From assembly GCA_048013815.1 (NCBI GenBank), contig CM106585.1, forward strand, positions 3,658,001 through 3,722,000: DNA of 64,000 nt. Reading direction: 5' to 3'. The position numbers and the translations under genes were made by a program. Shown in pieces: positions 24,457-37,700 of this stretch (position 1 is the first letter of the stretch; every line of letters begins with the position of its first letter). Source of the DNA: Setoptus koraiensis (taxonomy: Eukaryota; Animalia; Arthropoda). Below the pieces are notes generated by a model, which was not told the DNA's origin, made no database searches, and worked only from the letters and a program-made list of their open reading frames with translations.

Positions 24457-27400
24457 GCGTGCTCTCTTAATAAAAATAATAACAATCTTAATAATCGCAG
24501 TTCAATCTTGGTGACGCGTCTTGATGGCTTGGATAAATACTGGCTAGAAAACTAGAGCAGCTCAACAGCAGCAACAGCAGTAGTAACAACAACAAAGAGA
24601 GGACAGTTAAGCGACGGCAGCTTGAGAGTTGATTTAAGTTGATGCCACATTGACAAGTTGATTCAATTATCTCTTTTGTAGTTGGGTCACACACTCACTT
24701 ACATTTAATCTAGACAACGGGATATACTGTCAATTCTGTTGGCTATCAATGATGCGAGATAAGAGTGTTTCCTTTGTTGTTGTTGTTGTTGTCGCTTTAA
24801 ACTAAACACTATCGTTGATGTGGTTGCCACAACAATCTCATTATTATCGGTTGCCTAGATATAATGGTGACCACCACATCTTGACATGTAAGGTCGTCGA
24901 CTTGTGTCGCCGAACTGACACAAAGATACACACGTATTTGTGGCAACATTACTGGTGAGGGCACGTCTGAAGTCTATCGCGAGCTTCTTATTTCTTTCTT
25001 ATGTAATGAGTGCCATTTAACTTTTAATGCATACAACCAAAACTAACTTAACCGCACAATGTATCATTCACGACACACAAGACACACAAACCGGCTACCC
25101 TCGCTACCCATGCTACCCGTGCATATTGATAGTGGTTATAGTCACACATTGTATTGAACCATGTCTACATCACACACACACACTTTTGAGGCCGTAATTG
25201 AGGCCATTTTTTGTCGGGGCACCAGGGGCCCCACAACTAGCATCTGTTATCTAGTTAGTAGTATAGCGCACTGGTTATCTTGGCGGCCATCTTGCGGCTT
25301 ATCTCTGTTCAACTATCTAGTTGTTGTTGTTGTTGTCGCTGTTGTTGTGGTTGCTGTTGTTGGGGCTCTCTGTAGTGTATACAACAAAACGTTCAGCTGT
25401 GAAGCATCGCCAGTTTACACCAAACAAACTGGTGGCCACTGGACAAAGAACGCGCCACTCATCAAGGTCCAACGCGCATGTTTGCGGGCCAGAATTTAGC
25501 CAAGTATGAATGAACAGATAAGGATAAGGATAAGTTTATATATATATGTATATATCTCGGTTCAATGTACAGTTATATACGCCAGGGTTTATATGAATGT
25601 GCTGCAACGAGTGAGCTTGCGAACCAAACCAAACCAAAATTGAGATGGCGCGTCTAGGCGTCAAACTACGAGCGTAATAGATTAGGCCAGCGAGGCCAGT
25701 TGAGCAAACAATGCAACTCTGTCAATGCATTTAAGTGTTGCCAGCCAGCACACAATGTGAGAGTGGCCACTTGTGAATGGACCACGATATTAGAATGATG
25801 ATCATCATCATTTGCATGACTAAACATTCAAAAGTTGCCACTGGTCGGGCGCGTTCGCTGGCTCGACAAGGAATGGAAGCGAGCCAAAAAGAAAGGCAAA
25901 GTATGTTGCTTCTTTATCTGTCTCGTTGCTTGCTTTTCTGGTGTGTGTGTGTGAGTGTGACCGCAAGCCAAGTTTGCCAATGAATAACAAAAGGCAATTT
26001 ATGAGGCGCATTTGCAAGCTCTCCAGCAAATGTGATAAAATGGCCAACCACCGGCCAGAAGCCGGCCACACAGTGAATGTGTTTGTCTTCAAGTGGCAAG
26101 CTCGTTACTGTCTCTATGTGACCGCTCAATTATTTCTCCACTCTGTCCAATGGCGCGCTCATTGTGACCAATCTCGCCCCCGTACCAATCCCAATGCTAA
26201 CAATCCGAATGCCAATGCCAATGCGGCTTGCACCAGCAGGCAGCTCATACTCGTGTTTGGTTATGCTGATATTCGTTGCGTGCAATATCCATATGCCCAC
26301 CGCGGTGCCCACAACAAAACCATTGTTGTGTGTATGTCAAGTTGGTGCGCCGGCAAACAATTGCAAATTGTCGTCCCATGCTAATCAAACGATCATGTTG
26401 CAACCATACAAAATTGTTTGCGCCGTCTTGCTGCCGGCTCGAGTCTCGCTGGCAAGTTTTGAAATGCCTCCAAGTTGCAGCAAACAATAAATGCCAAGCT
26501 GGCCTGGGTCGGCCTGAAATCGCCAGAATATCAATTGTATGTAGATTTGCGTTTGTTGTTGTTTCAAATGTCAGTCAATGTATGTCTATCAATAGATCTG
26601 CTCACTCGTCTCTGCAGATGATCGCTGAGCACCGCTTACCGATGCTCAGAGAATAGCCCAAGCGATCAGGCAGTTGCTGTGAAGAGTTTCTATATATTGG
26701 ATAAATATCTCGGATAACACAACAAGTATTATCCGAGAACGGACACTCTCCCTCTGTGAGAGTCTCACAGTTGCATCAAGCTGGAGATGGCGCGCACCAG
26801 AAAAAAAGATGCCATTTGTAGAACCACACAACAGCTCGTATGGTGTTACGTAATTTATTTGGATATTGGGCCACAACGTATCTTTTGTTGGCCAGTGTGT
26901 GTGTGTGGGTGTGTGCATATGCTGTCATGTAACGGGCCTCAGCCGCTCGCACGGAAATGTGAAATCGAAATAACAATCAACATCAACGTGGATGATTGTA
27001 AAAGCACATATTGGATGTTGAGCATTTGATGCTGGGCATTGGATATTGATATGCAGAAAAAAAAAGAATGCCCAATGGGATGTGAGATCGCAGATGAAAC
27101 ATGTTGCGGTTTGATAAAATTTTATCCATGTTGCAACGTGCATGAAATCAAAAAGTGAGCACCTTCTTTCGATACAAGCAATGTGATTTAGTTTGAGTTT
27201 GAGCTTGAGCTTCAGTGGTCGCAAATGGCGCATAAAAGAATGAGACTTGTGAAACTTATCTATTGAATCTCGTGCAAGGGCCCGCTGATGGATCGATTCA
27301 GAAGCAACGCGCACAGGCGAATAATATTGCTCAATGGCAAGCGCAAACAATGAGATCATCAATCAATCATCGTATTCATTTCTTGGTCTTCGTCTTATTG

Positions 27401-27473
27401 TGCAAAGACCAAAGAATTTATATTTACAGTAAAACCACATTGCACAACCGCTGCAACAACAACAATCTGACAG

Positions 27474-27505
<32 letters not shown>

Positions 27506-28332
27506 CAAGCGGGCCCCTCGCCACCGACAAGAGGCGCCAAAAGCCAGGTGAGCTTAGGGAAGCAGAGTTATCGTGTTATCGATTTTGGGTCACGGATTTT
27601 GGGTTTTGGTTGGCGGCTAATGTGGCTTGTCAGTCGGGCACTAACTTGGCCCCATCGGGTACCATGTGTGCCCGATGGGGCCAAGAGCACTGGTGCCAGC
27701 ATTGTATACATGATCTAACAGTATCTAACCGCCGCCAACCGTGTCTAACAGTGTCTCAAAGCAATGTAACAGTGCACGAGACGGGCCTCCACTGCCGGTT
27801 GGCCGGCAAACAAGCAGCAAAATTGCGCGAGATTGCGCATAGCAGCTCGCCGAGCAGCTTGTCGCAGCGAAATCGCTGGCTCAATGTGACCAACCAACGT
27901 CAGCCCGTTAGTCTATATGTTGTGCCGGTGGACGAAGTGTCGCACAAATATGCACAATCAATGTTGTTTGTTTGCTTGTTCGCTCACCGTGGCCTCGCCA
28001 TCATGACGCAATCAACAAATCAGTTAGACAAATCACGCCAGCAGCAGCAGCAACAACAACAACAACAACAAGTTACGTGTAAAGTGAACGAGGGCGATCT
28101 GAGATTAGTAATCAAGTTGAATCGCAACAGCAAAATGAATATCGCAATTTCATCACTTGGCTATATCGTAATTACGCAATATTGCAATTAGTAAATTAGC
28201 AATTAGTGATCACTGAACAAAACATCCGGCAACCATTTCGACACACGACTAATCACTAATAAATTATCACTTTTGTACCACTAAGTTACTATTTTTGTTA
28301 CCATCAGTAGTGTTAGTCATCTCGAGCGCATT

Positions 28333-31300
28333 ATGGCCGCGGTGTGGCCGCCGGGGGCCCACGGCACGGCTGGCCAAGTTTCATTGTTGATATTGATCAT
28401 GTTATTGTTAGCCAGCACTCATATTACTAATGGCATCGCAGATAATACTGGCGCCGTTGATGACTTTTCATCGATGTCACCAGCATCTAGTGTCACACAA
28501 CCAGCGCAGTGTGGACAGCACCGGTGCACCAACAGCACCAGCAGCACCAACAGCACCAACAGCGACAACAGCGACACCGCAAGATACTCAAACCAGCCTC
28601 ATTTCAATAGCAACAAATCAACAACAACAACAACTGCTGGCCGTTTTAGGCGAGCCGTCACCAGAGAAAGTGAGTATCGTCTAATTGAAATGGCAACACT
28701 CTAGATCCAAATGTTAAAATAAAATTCTCGCTCGTTTGTTGTCCCGAATGTCGTGGGCAAACGGCCCAATTGTGGTGCAATAAGCAATGGAGTGAGTGCG
28801 AGTGGGGGCTACCTAAGCTCACAACTGCCAGATAATGCGTCAGGTCGATGGAGCGAGCTCGACTCAACTTATCTCGCAATTGTGGGCACAAACTAATTGT
28901 CAGTGTGTGTGCAAACCGTGATATTGAAACTTGTTTTGTTTGTCACCATATTGCCAAATGTCGCCAGCCAGTCAGCCAGCCATTTTTGCTTGTGCCATTT
29001 TATTATTACTTCACTTTATTTTTGTTTTGTCGTCTCTGTAGCATCTCTGGCATCTCCAGCGTCAAGTAGCAGTTGCAAGCATATGAGCAGTGCAAGTTGC
29101 AGTAGAAGCAGATGAAATAACTCATATTATACAACTCACATTATATAACTGTTGTTATATAATGTACTGCTACTTATATTATAATTTTAAGATGGAGACA
29201 TCGCGAATTCATTGGCAGACATTGGCTCGCATGATGATGACAGATGGCTGTTGTAGCTTACTTGTAGCTGGCCCCTTGTAGCCGAATGCCAAATGCCAGT
29301 TGGCTAGACTGCAAGGCAAAGCAGTGTCAGCAAGTAAACAGTTTGCTACCAAACTGGCGCGCCAACAGCAGCGCCAGAGTGATATTCCTGAAGGAATTGG
29401 CATTGTCTTTCTAGTGTTTTATCTCGAAATATCCCCGCCAGTTGCATCAATGCCACTGTTGGCCATTACTCTCAGGAATTGTAGCGCCAGCTAATGTTGC
29501 CAGTTGGCAAACAACGAGCAGTTTTACTTTTACTTTTATTTATATCAGTGGCACGCTGGTGAAAATTTTGCGCCACTGCTGAATACTGGGTGCAACTGGG
29601 TGCCTTTACAACAGAAATCTGATGCCTCTCGAAGCGACTTGATCCGATCTGATTTCGCTTTTATGTCGTTTTTCCTTTTCACTGTGAAACACCCATGAAA
29701 TTGCTTGCCCAAGGAAAAGAAAAACTTTTCAAAACTATCGACTGCTCTCCGTCTCTCGATTATATCTCGCTCTTTAAGTAGTTGTAATAGCGGCACACAA
29801 CTTGCTACCAACAAGTAACCTAGCCAGTTACGTAATACCTCAGTGAGGCTGCGCCGCAACCTCAGTGAGTAACGGCACGAGAGAGAGCGAGAACATTATG
29901 GCCAAATTATTACATAGTGCACATTGTGTACAATTGTACGATTGTTGCAATTGATTATACTGGCACTGCAAACACAAGTAACAAAATAACTGAGCCAGCG
30001 CTCTTTTTTGGGTGAAATATGAGAGTGTTGGCTCATATAAAGGCATGTATAACGTATATATAAGTGAATTCATTTGGCCCATTGATTCAAACAATGATGA
30101 TTGCGCGCCCGTGAATTAGTTATCGCGCGAGTTACACCGAGCGCCAGTCACCGCCTGGCACCAACGCAACGAAACAAAACAAAATAAGTTGCCGTTTCGC
30201 AGCTCAAGGCTCTCACTTTATCACATTATTACGCAATCGGGTGCATTATCACTTGTTCATTGTTCACTTGGTGTCTTCATTTTTGTTGCCGGTGGCCGGT
30301 TGCGCGGTGGCCAGCGCGCGCGGGCCAATGTCCGGCTCGCCACACTCGCCAGAGTGACCAGAGTCACTACAGTTACTGCAGTCAGTGCAGTCGACGACGA
30401 GGTCAACTGCAGCAACTCAAGTAATTAAGCTAATCAATCAGAGCCTTTGTTAGATTGCGCGTTACTTTGGTGTGACACTTGGCAACACTTGACAAGACTT
30501 TATTTTGTTTGGTTGCTTTTGACAATTGCTTGCTACGCACTGCGTACACTGTCAGCTGTACGGCTACAGCTGACACAATGCGCCATAAATACCGTTACAT
30601 AACCGTAGTATATATAAAAAGTATACAACGGCTAACGGTAAACAGTGTTGCTGTAACAGTAGTTAGTAGTGCAAGGTGCCCCCATTACAACGCTGTGCCC
30701 AATGAATGCTGGATGTTGCTGCATGCTTGCGAGGGGCCCCCAATTGTTTGAATGGATGAGATGGTGTAAAGAGTGTAAAGAGAAGATTACATAATACGGT
30801 TACAAACAATGATGATAATCGCAAAATTGTTGTTCTCGCTACAATGAGCATGAATTGGCGCGTAGATTGGCAGCAACAAACTCTTGCACCATCTGCAATC
30901 TACAATTGTCCAGTGTATCCCTGCTTGTGTGTCCATGTCCGTCCGTGTCCGCCCACGTATTCCCCCACGTGCACTTGTCTTGACACAATTGACCATTGCA
31001 ATGCCGTCGAGCATCTTGAGCGTGAGCACAAACATGGCCAAGTTGATTAAGCTTCAATGGCCACTGTTTGATGCTGGCCCCTCGCAGATAAATGTTGAAC
31101 TAAAAGTGAAATTAATATCTCGCTTCAAGCTCCATAAAGCGTTTCTATTATCAGTTTAGCTGCACACACCATATAGAGGCACGAAATAAATTAACAGCGC
31201 CACACTGCACAAGCAAACAAACAAACAAACAGATTGTTTTGCTGATTGGCTTTGAAGCAAAAAGTGTAATCTTGATTCGCACCCTCAGAGGGCAAATCAA

Positions 31301-33168
31301 TTGTTTCAAATTATCACCATTACACTGGCATTAGGTCATTAGGCCGCAAATGGTGCAACCTAGCGCCATTTCTCCAACACGAGCCACTGCTCCAACTGTC
31401 CAGTGCTCGTGCATTATCGCGCTGATGCGGCCCGCACTCACTCAAACCTCTTTTGACGTTTGCAAGCACCCAAACACCAACAACAACACAAACAACAACA
31501 CCAACAACAACAGCAACACCAACAACAACACCAACAACAGCAACGACAACAATAATCGAGTGAAAAGAGAACAAAAATTATTATTGTTACACACAATCGC
31601 CATCTTGGCGCTCGCTGCTTGTTTGTCCGTCTGTTTGTTTGTTGATAATCGACGAAAAAAATAATCTTGGCCTATTAAAACACGCTCAAATGAACACTGT
31701 TGTATCATTGCTTAATCTATACAATCTATAAAAACTTATCTCGTTTGTCTTGCAACCAACTGCAACCGTTTGTGTTGTAATTTCGTTTGTTTGAAATTGG
31801 CGCCACACGTAGACCATTCCAACACTGGGGCCCATAAACCAAAACCGAACGGGCCTCGCTTGCCAGAGTTCCAGCGGGCCCAGTTCTAATACACTGGCAA
31901 TATTGTTGGCAGTGTGTTGGTTAGATGTGAGCCGGCCAACCATCGCCGCTGAAATGTGCTGATCGACAGGTGGAACTAGCTGCCTCCTCAGCTGAATGGA
32001 GTGTCAGTTTGGCCGAGTTGTTGCCAATGTTTTGTGTGTCCGGCGTCGCTGTCTTTGCGTATCGTTGCCATACAATGGGCCAGCGACAGAAATGCATTAA
32101 ATATTTTCTCACAACAGCAACAGACTCACATCGGACAGATATAGATTTGCGCAATGCGATTAGTGGCATTCATTTATCCGCTCTGGCTTGCGTTAGTTGC
32201 AAGCAAAACGATAAACGATTGCAAATAACCCAATTGGCGCCAGACAATGGGCCAAACATTTGGGTTACTGGCACTGCTATACTGACCATTCGCTGCTGGC
32301 CATTCGCCACTGACCATTCGCTACTGACCATTCGCTACTGACCATTCGCTACTGACCACTCACTACTGACCATTCAATGCTGGCCACTCACTGCCGGTCA
32401 GCATTGAATGGTTGGCGGGGATGGGACTCATTCTATCTCATCTTTTACTTCATCTTTCGTCCGCACACACAATTGTGCGTCGTATGTGTCGCTTGCCAAT
32501 CGACATGGAGCTCACTCATCGTCGTCGACGACTCGATTTATCGTGCTGTCACACTTGTTTGTATCCTATTTGTCCTATTTGTCCCATTTGTTGTTGTTGC
32601 TGACGTCGTCTACATTGTCCCTCTCTATCCAGCACCATCCACGGCCAGCTAGAGCTAGAGCCAGTGCTATCTAGCGGTCGCTTATAGAAAGATAATTCCA
32701 ACTGTTTGTTGCACACAAGTGACCGTCTTAAGACCGCCACTAAGCTGTCAGTGCCGAAACTGATTGTTTATTTATGTAGACACACACACACACACACGCA
32801 CACACAATGGCAAGATGTGTGGCTATAGAGCAACAAACTATAGCGACATTCGCGACTCAATACAAACAGTGTTTGTGTGTGTGTGTGTGTCATCATCATC
32901 GTTTATGAGTTTGTCGGATTATCCCGTCGGAAAACGGTGTGCGTGTGTATGGCAAACTAAAGCCGGATCAGCATACTGCGCTGATTGATATTCTGGCTCT
33001 CTAATAGAGAGTCTCTATGTGGTTGTTGTTGTTGTTGTTGCCGAGGCAACACAATATGCTTTTATCACCAACGTTAAATCCTCAACGTCTCACTCTTAGA
33101 CACAACTGACCAGTCAACGGCTTCTTCATTAACTAGGCACCTAAACACAGATTGCGTCGTATAATATT

Positions 33169-33236
<68 letters not shown>

Positions 33237-34690
33237 CGGCTGAAAATGTTTGCAAAACGGCAACCATCCTATCGTGATTTGATGATTACTGACTAATCAT
33301 TGATTAGTCAACTGTGAGGACACAACTGACAGTTGCAGTTACTGTACTCTATCTCGTTGCAATAGGCGACGAGACGGAGTTGACAAGAGATGATAAAGTC
33401 GACTGCTGTCACTGTCCGATTGACTGTCGTTCAGAATAACGACAGTCAATTGAAAGCGAGCCTAATGATTCATCAGTAATGAACCTAGCGACTGGCGGCA
33501 CCTTGCATCTATAGTAAATCTCGAGTCGATCAAGCAGAATAAATAATTTCGCAAAGCAAACAAATCCGAGCAAAGAAATCCGAGCAAAGAAATCCGAGAA
33601 AATGTCAGCCACTTTGTCAGCCACTATAGCGACTGTAGCGTCCAATCTCGTATATTCTCGCCATATATACCTGGTATTACTAGCTACAGTACGGAAACGT
33701 TTATAAGCACGTCAACTGGTGCGAGTTGAGCATTTTAAATAAATATCTAATTACTCTCTACTCTTACCTTCTGTCAATTCGCTGAATCTATCCGCTACAC
33801 GCTGCGTTGATCAACAACGACGACAACCGTACGGATCAACAAACGGGGCTGCAAACAAACAGAGAAGCCAATACTAAACGAATTCTCTTTTCCGTCGAGT
33901 CTCGTTCAAGGTAAGCAACTATATATTGATATTATTATATTATCCAGTGTATATTATTTACAGCCAACTGAACAGTAGCGCTTGTGAGAGACAAACAAGC
34001 GAACGTTGTCGCAAGTGTGTCAGTGTTTCATCAATTGTGTCACTCAATCGTGTCACCCGAGCAGCTAGACGGCGCTGCGCAATCAATACAAAATGTATAT
34101 GCACACTATGTATAACACATCAGTACACATTGGGTATCTGAGGCGCCCTCATTGATACTAACTAGTGACTAGATAGTTAGTATGGTTACAATGGCACTAG
34201 GTGCGCCTATTCAATGTATTCAGTATCAGTCAATGTGCAAGTTGCGTCATTAGTCGGACTAGTCGGACAAGTGCAATTGGTGGGGCCGGCGACAAACGAC
34301 TATTCGCATCTATTGCCTTCCGTTGTCGTTTGTCGTTGTCCGTCGTCGTCGTCGTCGTCGTTTGTCGTTGTCAGTTGGCGTGCAATGGCTTCGATTTGAG
34401 AATGCTGAATTTGGCCAGTTGCACACCATGAGACGACCAATTGCCAATGAGCGACAATTGTGAGTTCCGTTGTGAGTGCTGGCAAGTGTATTTGTTGTGC
34501 TCAAGTGTGACTTGAGTCGCCAGTCACCGCTAGCGGCTAGTTTACGAAACAAATATGTGTGGCCATAGAAAGAGCGGCTGCCACTCATTATATTTGACAC
34601 TATTTTTTGAGGGCCCCTCATTGGCGTCACTGCAACTAACAATATATGCTTTTGTGCATGCTGGTAGTCAGTATTATGTTGTGTATGCGC

Positions 34691-34721
<31 letters not shown>

Positions 34722-37700
34722 GCTAACCAATGACAACAAATTGTGACATAATAATGAGCTGTCGTTTGTCGTTGGCCAACAACATTGTGCCGTCCAATGG
34801 AAGCCATACAATTTGTATGATGCAAGCAATGACTGACACAATTGAATACACATAGCAAACAGGCCGCTGCCTTCGAGGGCCTCGGCTCGCTGTTGGCAAT
34901 GACGCAATTGCCAACAGCGAGCCGACTCACGCCATAAAGACTCACGAATAGTGAGTCAGAGACTCTGAGGCGGACACTCTGAGAAAAGCTGCCCATTGAG
35001 CTAGTCGACAACGACAATTAAATTCATTGCTGATTGAAACGACTCAACTGGTGTAGCACTGCTGACACTTGCACCTGTGTGTTTGTGAGTTACATAACAC
35101 TACATTTGCATTACGTAACAACACGAGCACGTTGATGGCAACGTGGCAACTTCTTGTTTAGTGTCGCACACACACACACAAGAATTGCCGTACAAGAGCC
35201 ACTGACAATGTGAGGTCAGCGGCAATCTCTAGAGGTCAAACAAGTAGTGCCTTAATACCTTGGTGCAACCTTAATAGTGTGCTGACCACGGCCAACGCGC
35301 GCCCAATGGTCAGCAATGGCCAGTCCAATGGTCAGCAATGGCCAGTCCAATGGTCAGCAATGGCCAGTGTGCAGTTGCGGGCACAGAGCGGGCTCATTAA
35401 GCGGCCTAATTTGCATTAAATTAGTTTTTGATGAACTACACTAGGCAACATGATACTACTGTGCACAGTTGGCTGTGAAACTGTAAACTTATGCAATTCT
35501 AAAACTCACCACCCACTACTACTATTTTTATCGCATTTGCCATTAACGCGCTCGTCCCAAAATAAAATATCGTTCGTTCTCTTTGGCCATTATCTCTGGC
35601 TTCTTTTGCTTGTTGCGCAACCTCATAATTGTGCCGCTTAAAACAACCCGCCAACCGGCCAACAAACAAACGCTCTCGTCAAAAGGAATGAGGTAAGTCC
35701 AATAATTGTTACTCTGTGCCCCACTTAAGCGTAATCATAATCGCTCATCGCAACACACACACACACACACACACGCCAGTGGCAATCAGCTGAATGAAGG
35801 AAACAACCGGCAACAACTTCATATATCACCAGTTCAAGATCACCCATTTACAGCCAGCACAGTACACACTCTCAAGCAAGCGCTCAGCGCCCAAAAATAG
35901 CGAGACGCCAATTTCAAAACAACTACCCACTGTTGTCATGACTTACGCAATACCTGACAGTTACCTGGTGACATATGGTTGTCGCCAGTGGCCAGGCACT
36001 GACATTGTGATGAATCACCCTCATGATGACTCACCTTGGGTTTAGTTCATTTGGACACTTTCAACTTAAATTTAACGCTTGCCTAACCACTGAGCCATGC
36101 ATTTTTTGCTTTGGTTTGGCCTCTTTTGATTGCTCGTACCTATCGCTCGTGAAAACAAATGAAAAAGCCAGTTGCCATCATACAACTTGTATGTGAGCGA
36201 AAATTGTTTCAAATCCGAGCTCATGCAATGCGACAGCTAAATGCAGCACTTGTTCATCAAACTTCATGGCAATATAAAAGCCAACTTATACTAACAGTGT
36301 AACAAAATGATCGGCTTCTCATGGACAGCATGTAATTAAATTAAATGTTTATTAAATATATTGCTGCATGGAAAATACTGCTGCTATGAAATGGCCACGA
36401 TGAGGCCAGTAACTGGAAAGAAAAGGCGAACAAGCATTTATCCTACATCTGATAAAATCAATGTAAGGCGGACCCAACGCAACGCAACGCAACCAGCCAA
36501 CCAGGCAGATCTGCACCGGAAGTCGCTTATCTGATCTACGTTCTCGCTGTTCTGCGCCGATCTACCAAACTAAATATGATTTATGCCGGGCCCGGCCCCA
36601 TTGAGGCCTCGGCCTACAAACAAACTCTGGCCCGACAAACAAACCCACTGATCGAGCACCGAAACTGGCTGCACACTCCTGGGCAGTCAGTTAGAGAAAA
36701 CAGTGGGCATTTATTGGCACATATATAACCATTCGTGATTCATCTATTTATCGCTTCTCGCCACTCAATCACATATAATGTGTGTGTGTGTCGATGAAAA
36801 CTCACATAGTTATCAGAGAGAAGATGTAGCTAAAGCTGTTGACTTTTCTTTTTCTGCCCACTGTCTTTTGTCAACCATGGTCCCTTATGTCATGTCATGT
36901 AGATTTGTGCTCATGTGCACCATATTAGACGGGGACGCACCAATAAATATTAAATGGTTCAAGGATGGTGCGGAATTGTCCAATAAGAACTCTATAGATA
37001 TTGAATTGAGTTCAGCCGGAGAATTAGGCTCAACATTGGTCTTCCGGCGCGTCCATCAAAGTCAAACTGGAAACTATACGTGCCTTGCCTCTAATCAGGC
37101 CGGTCAAGCCTCATTCACTTCGTTCATGTCCGTTAAAGGTGAGTGCTCACTAGCTGCTGTGTTGTCGTTGTTGTTGTTGTTGTCGTGTCTCCAATTTGTT
37201 TCGTTTCGTTCCGTCCGATTTCGTCCAATTGCATCCAATTTTATCCAACTCTATTCAATTGATTGTCACACACAAACAGAGAGACAGTTTGCGCTGCAAG
37301 TTGGCACGACGACACATCGCTTTGGCGAGATTATTTGCTTTTGTTACATACGCTACAAATAGGCGAGCGTCTCTTGAATCGATCATTTTTATTCTCGTTG
37401 GTTGACTGTGTGTCTGAATTGAGCACTAACAGCCAGCATTTCACACTCGACACAAGAACAAACGACACAGGCACAAGATGGGGCCAGAGGGCTCGTCTGT
37501 CTGTTTGTGTGTCAGTGTGGGCCCCGCTTAATCCTTTTGAATGGGGCTCGGCGCGAAATCTGGTGTCAGTCGGACGTTGTCCAACATGCTGGCGCTAGTT
37601 AGTTATTTTATTAAGCCATATGTTTTCATCTTTGACAATATTTACTGCTGTCTGTTGCAGCGACAGCAACAACGCCAACGACAGCAACAACAGCAACGAC

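Noticed and set aside
35547-35692. Longer exon RPKIKYRSFSL...KGMR ending at the microexon donor
   Set aside because: There is an in-frame stop at 35544 and no AG acceptor between it and 35684; the 33863-33910 exon supplies the proper Ig strand A.
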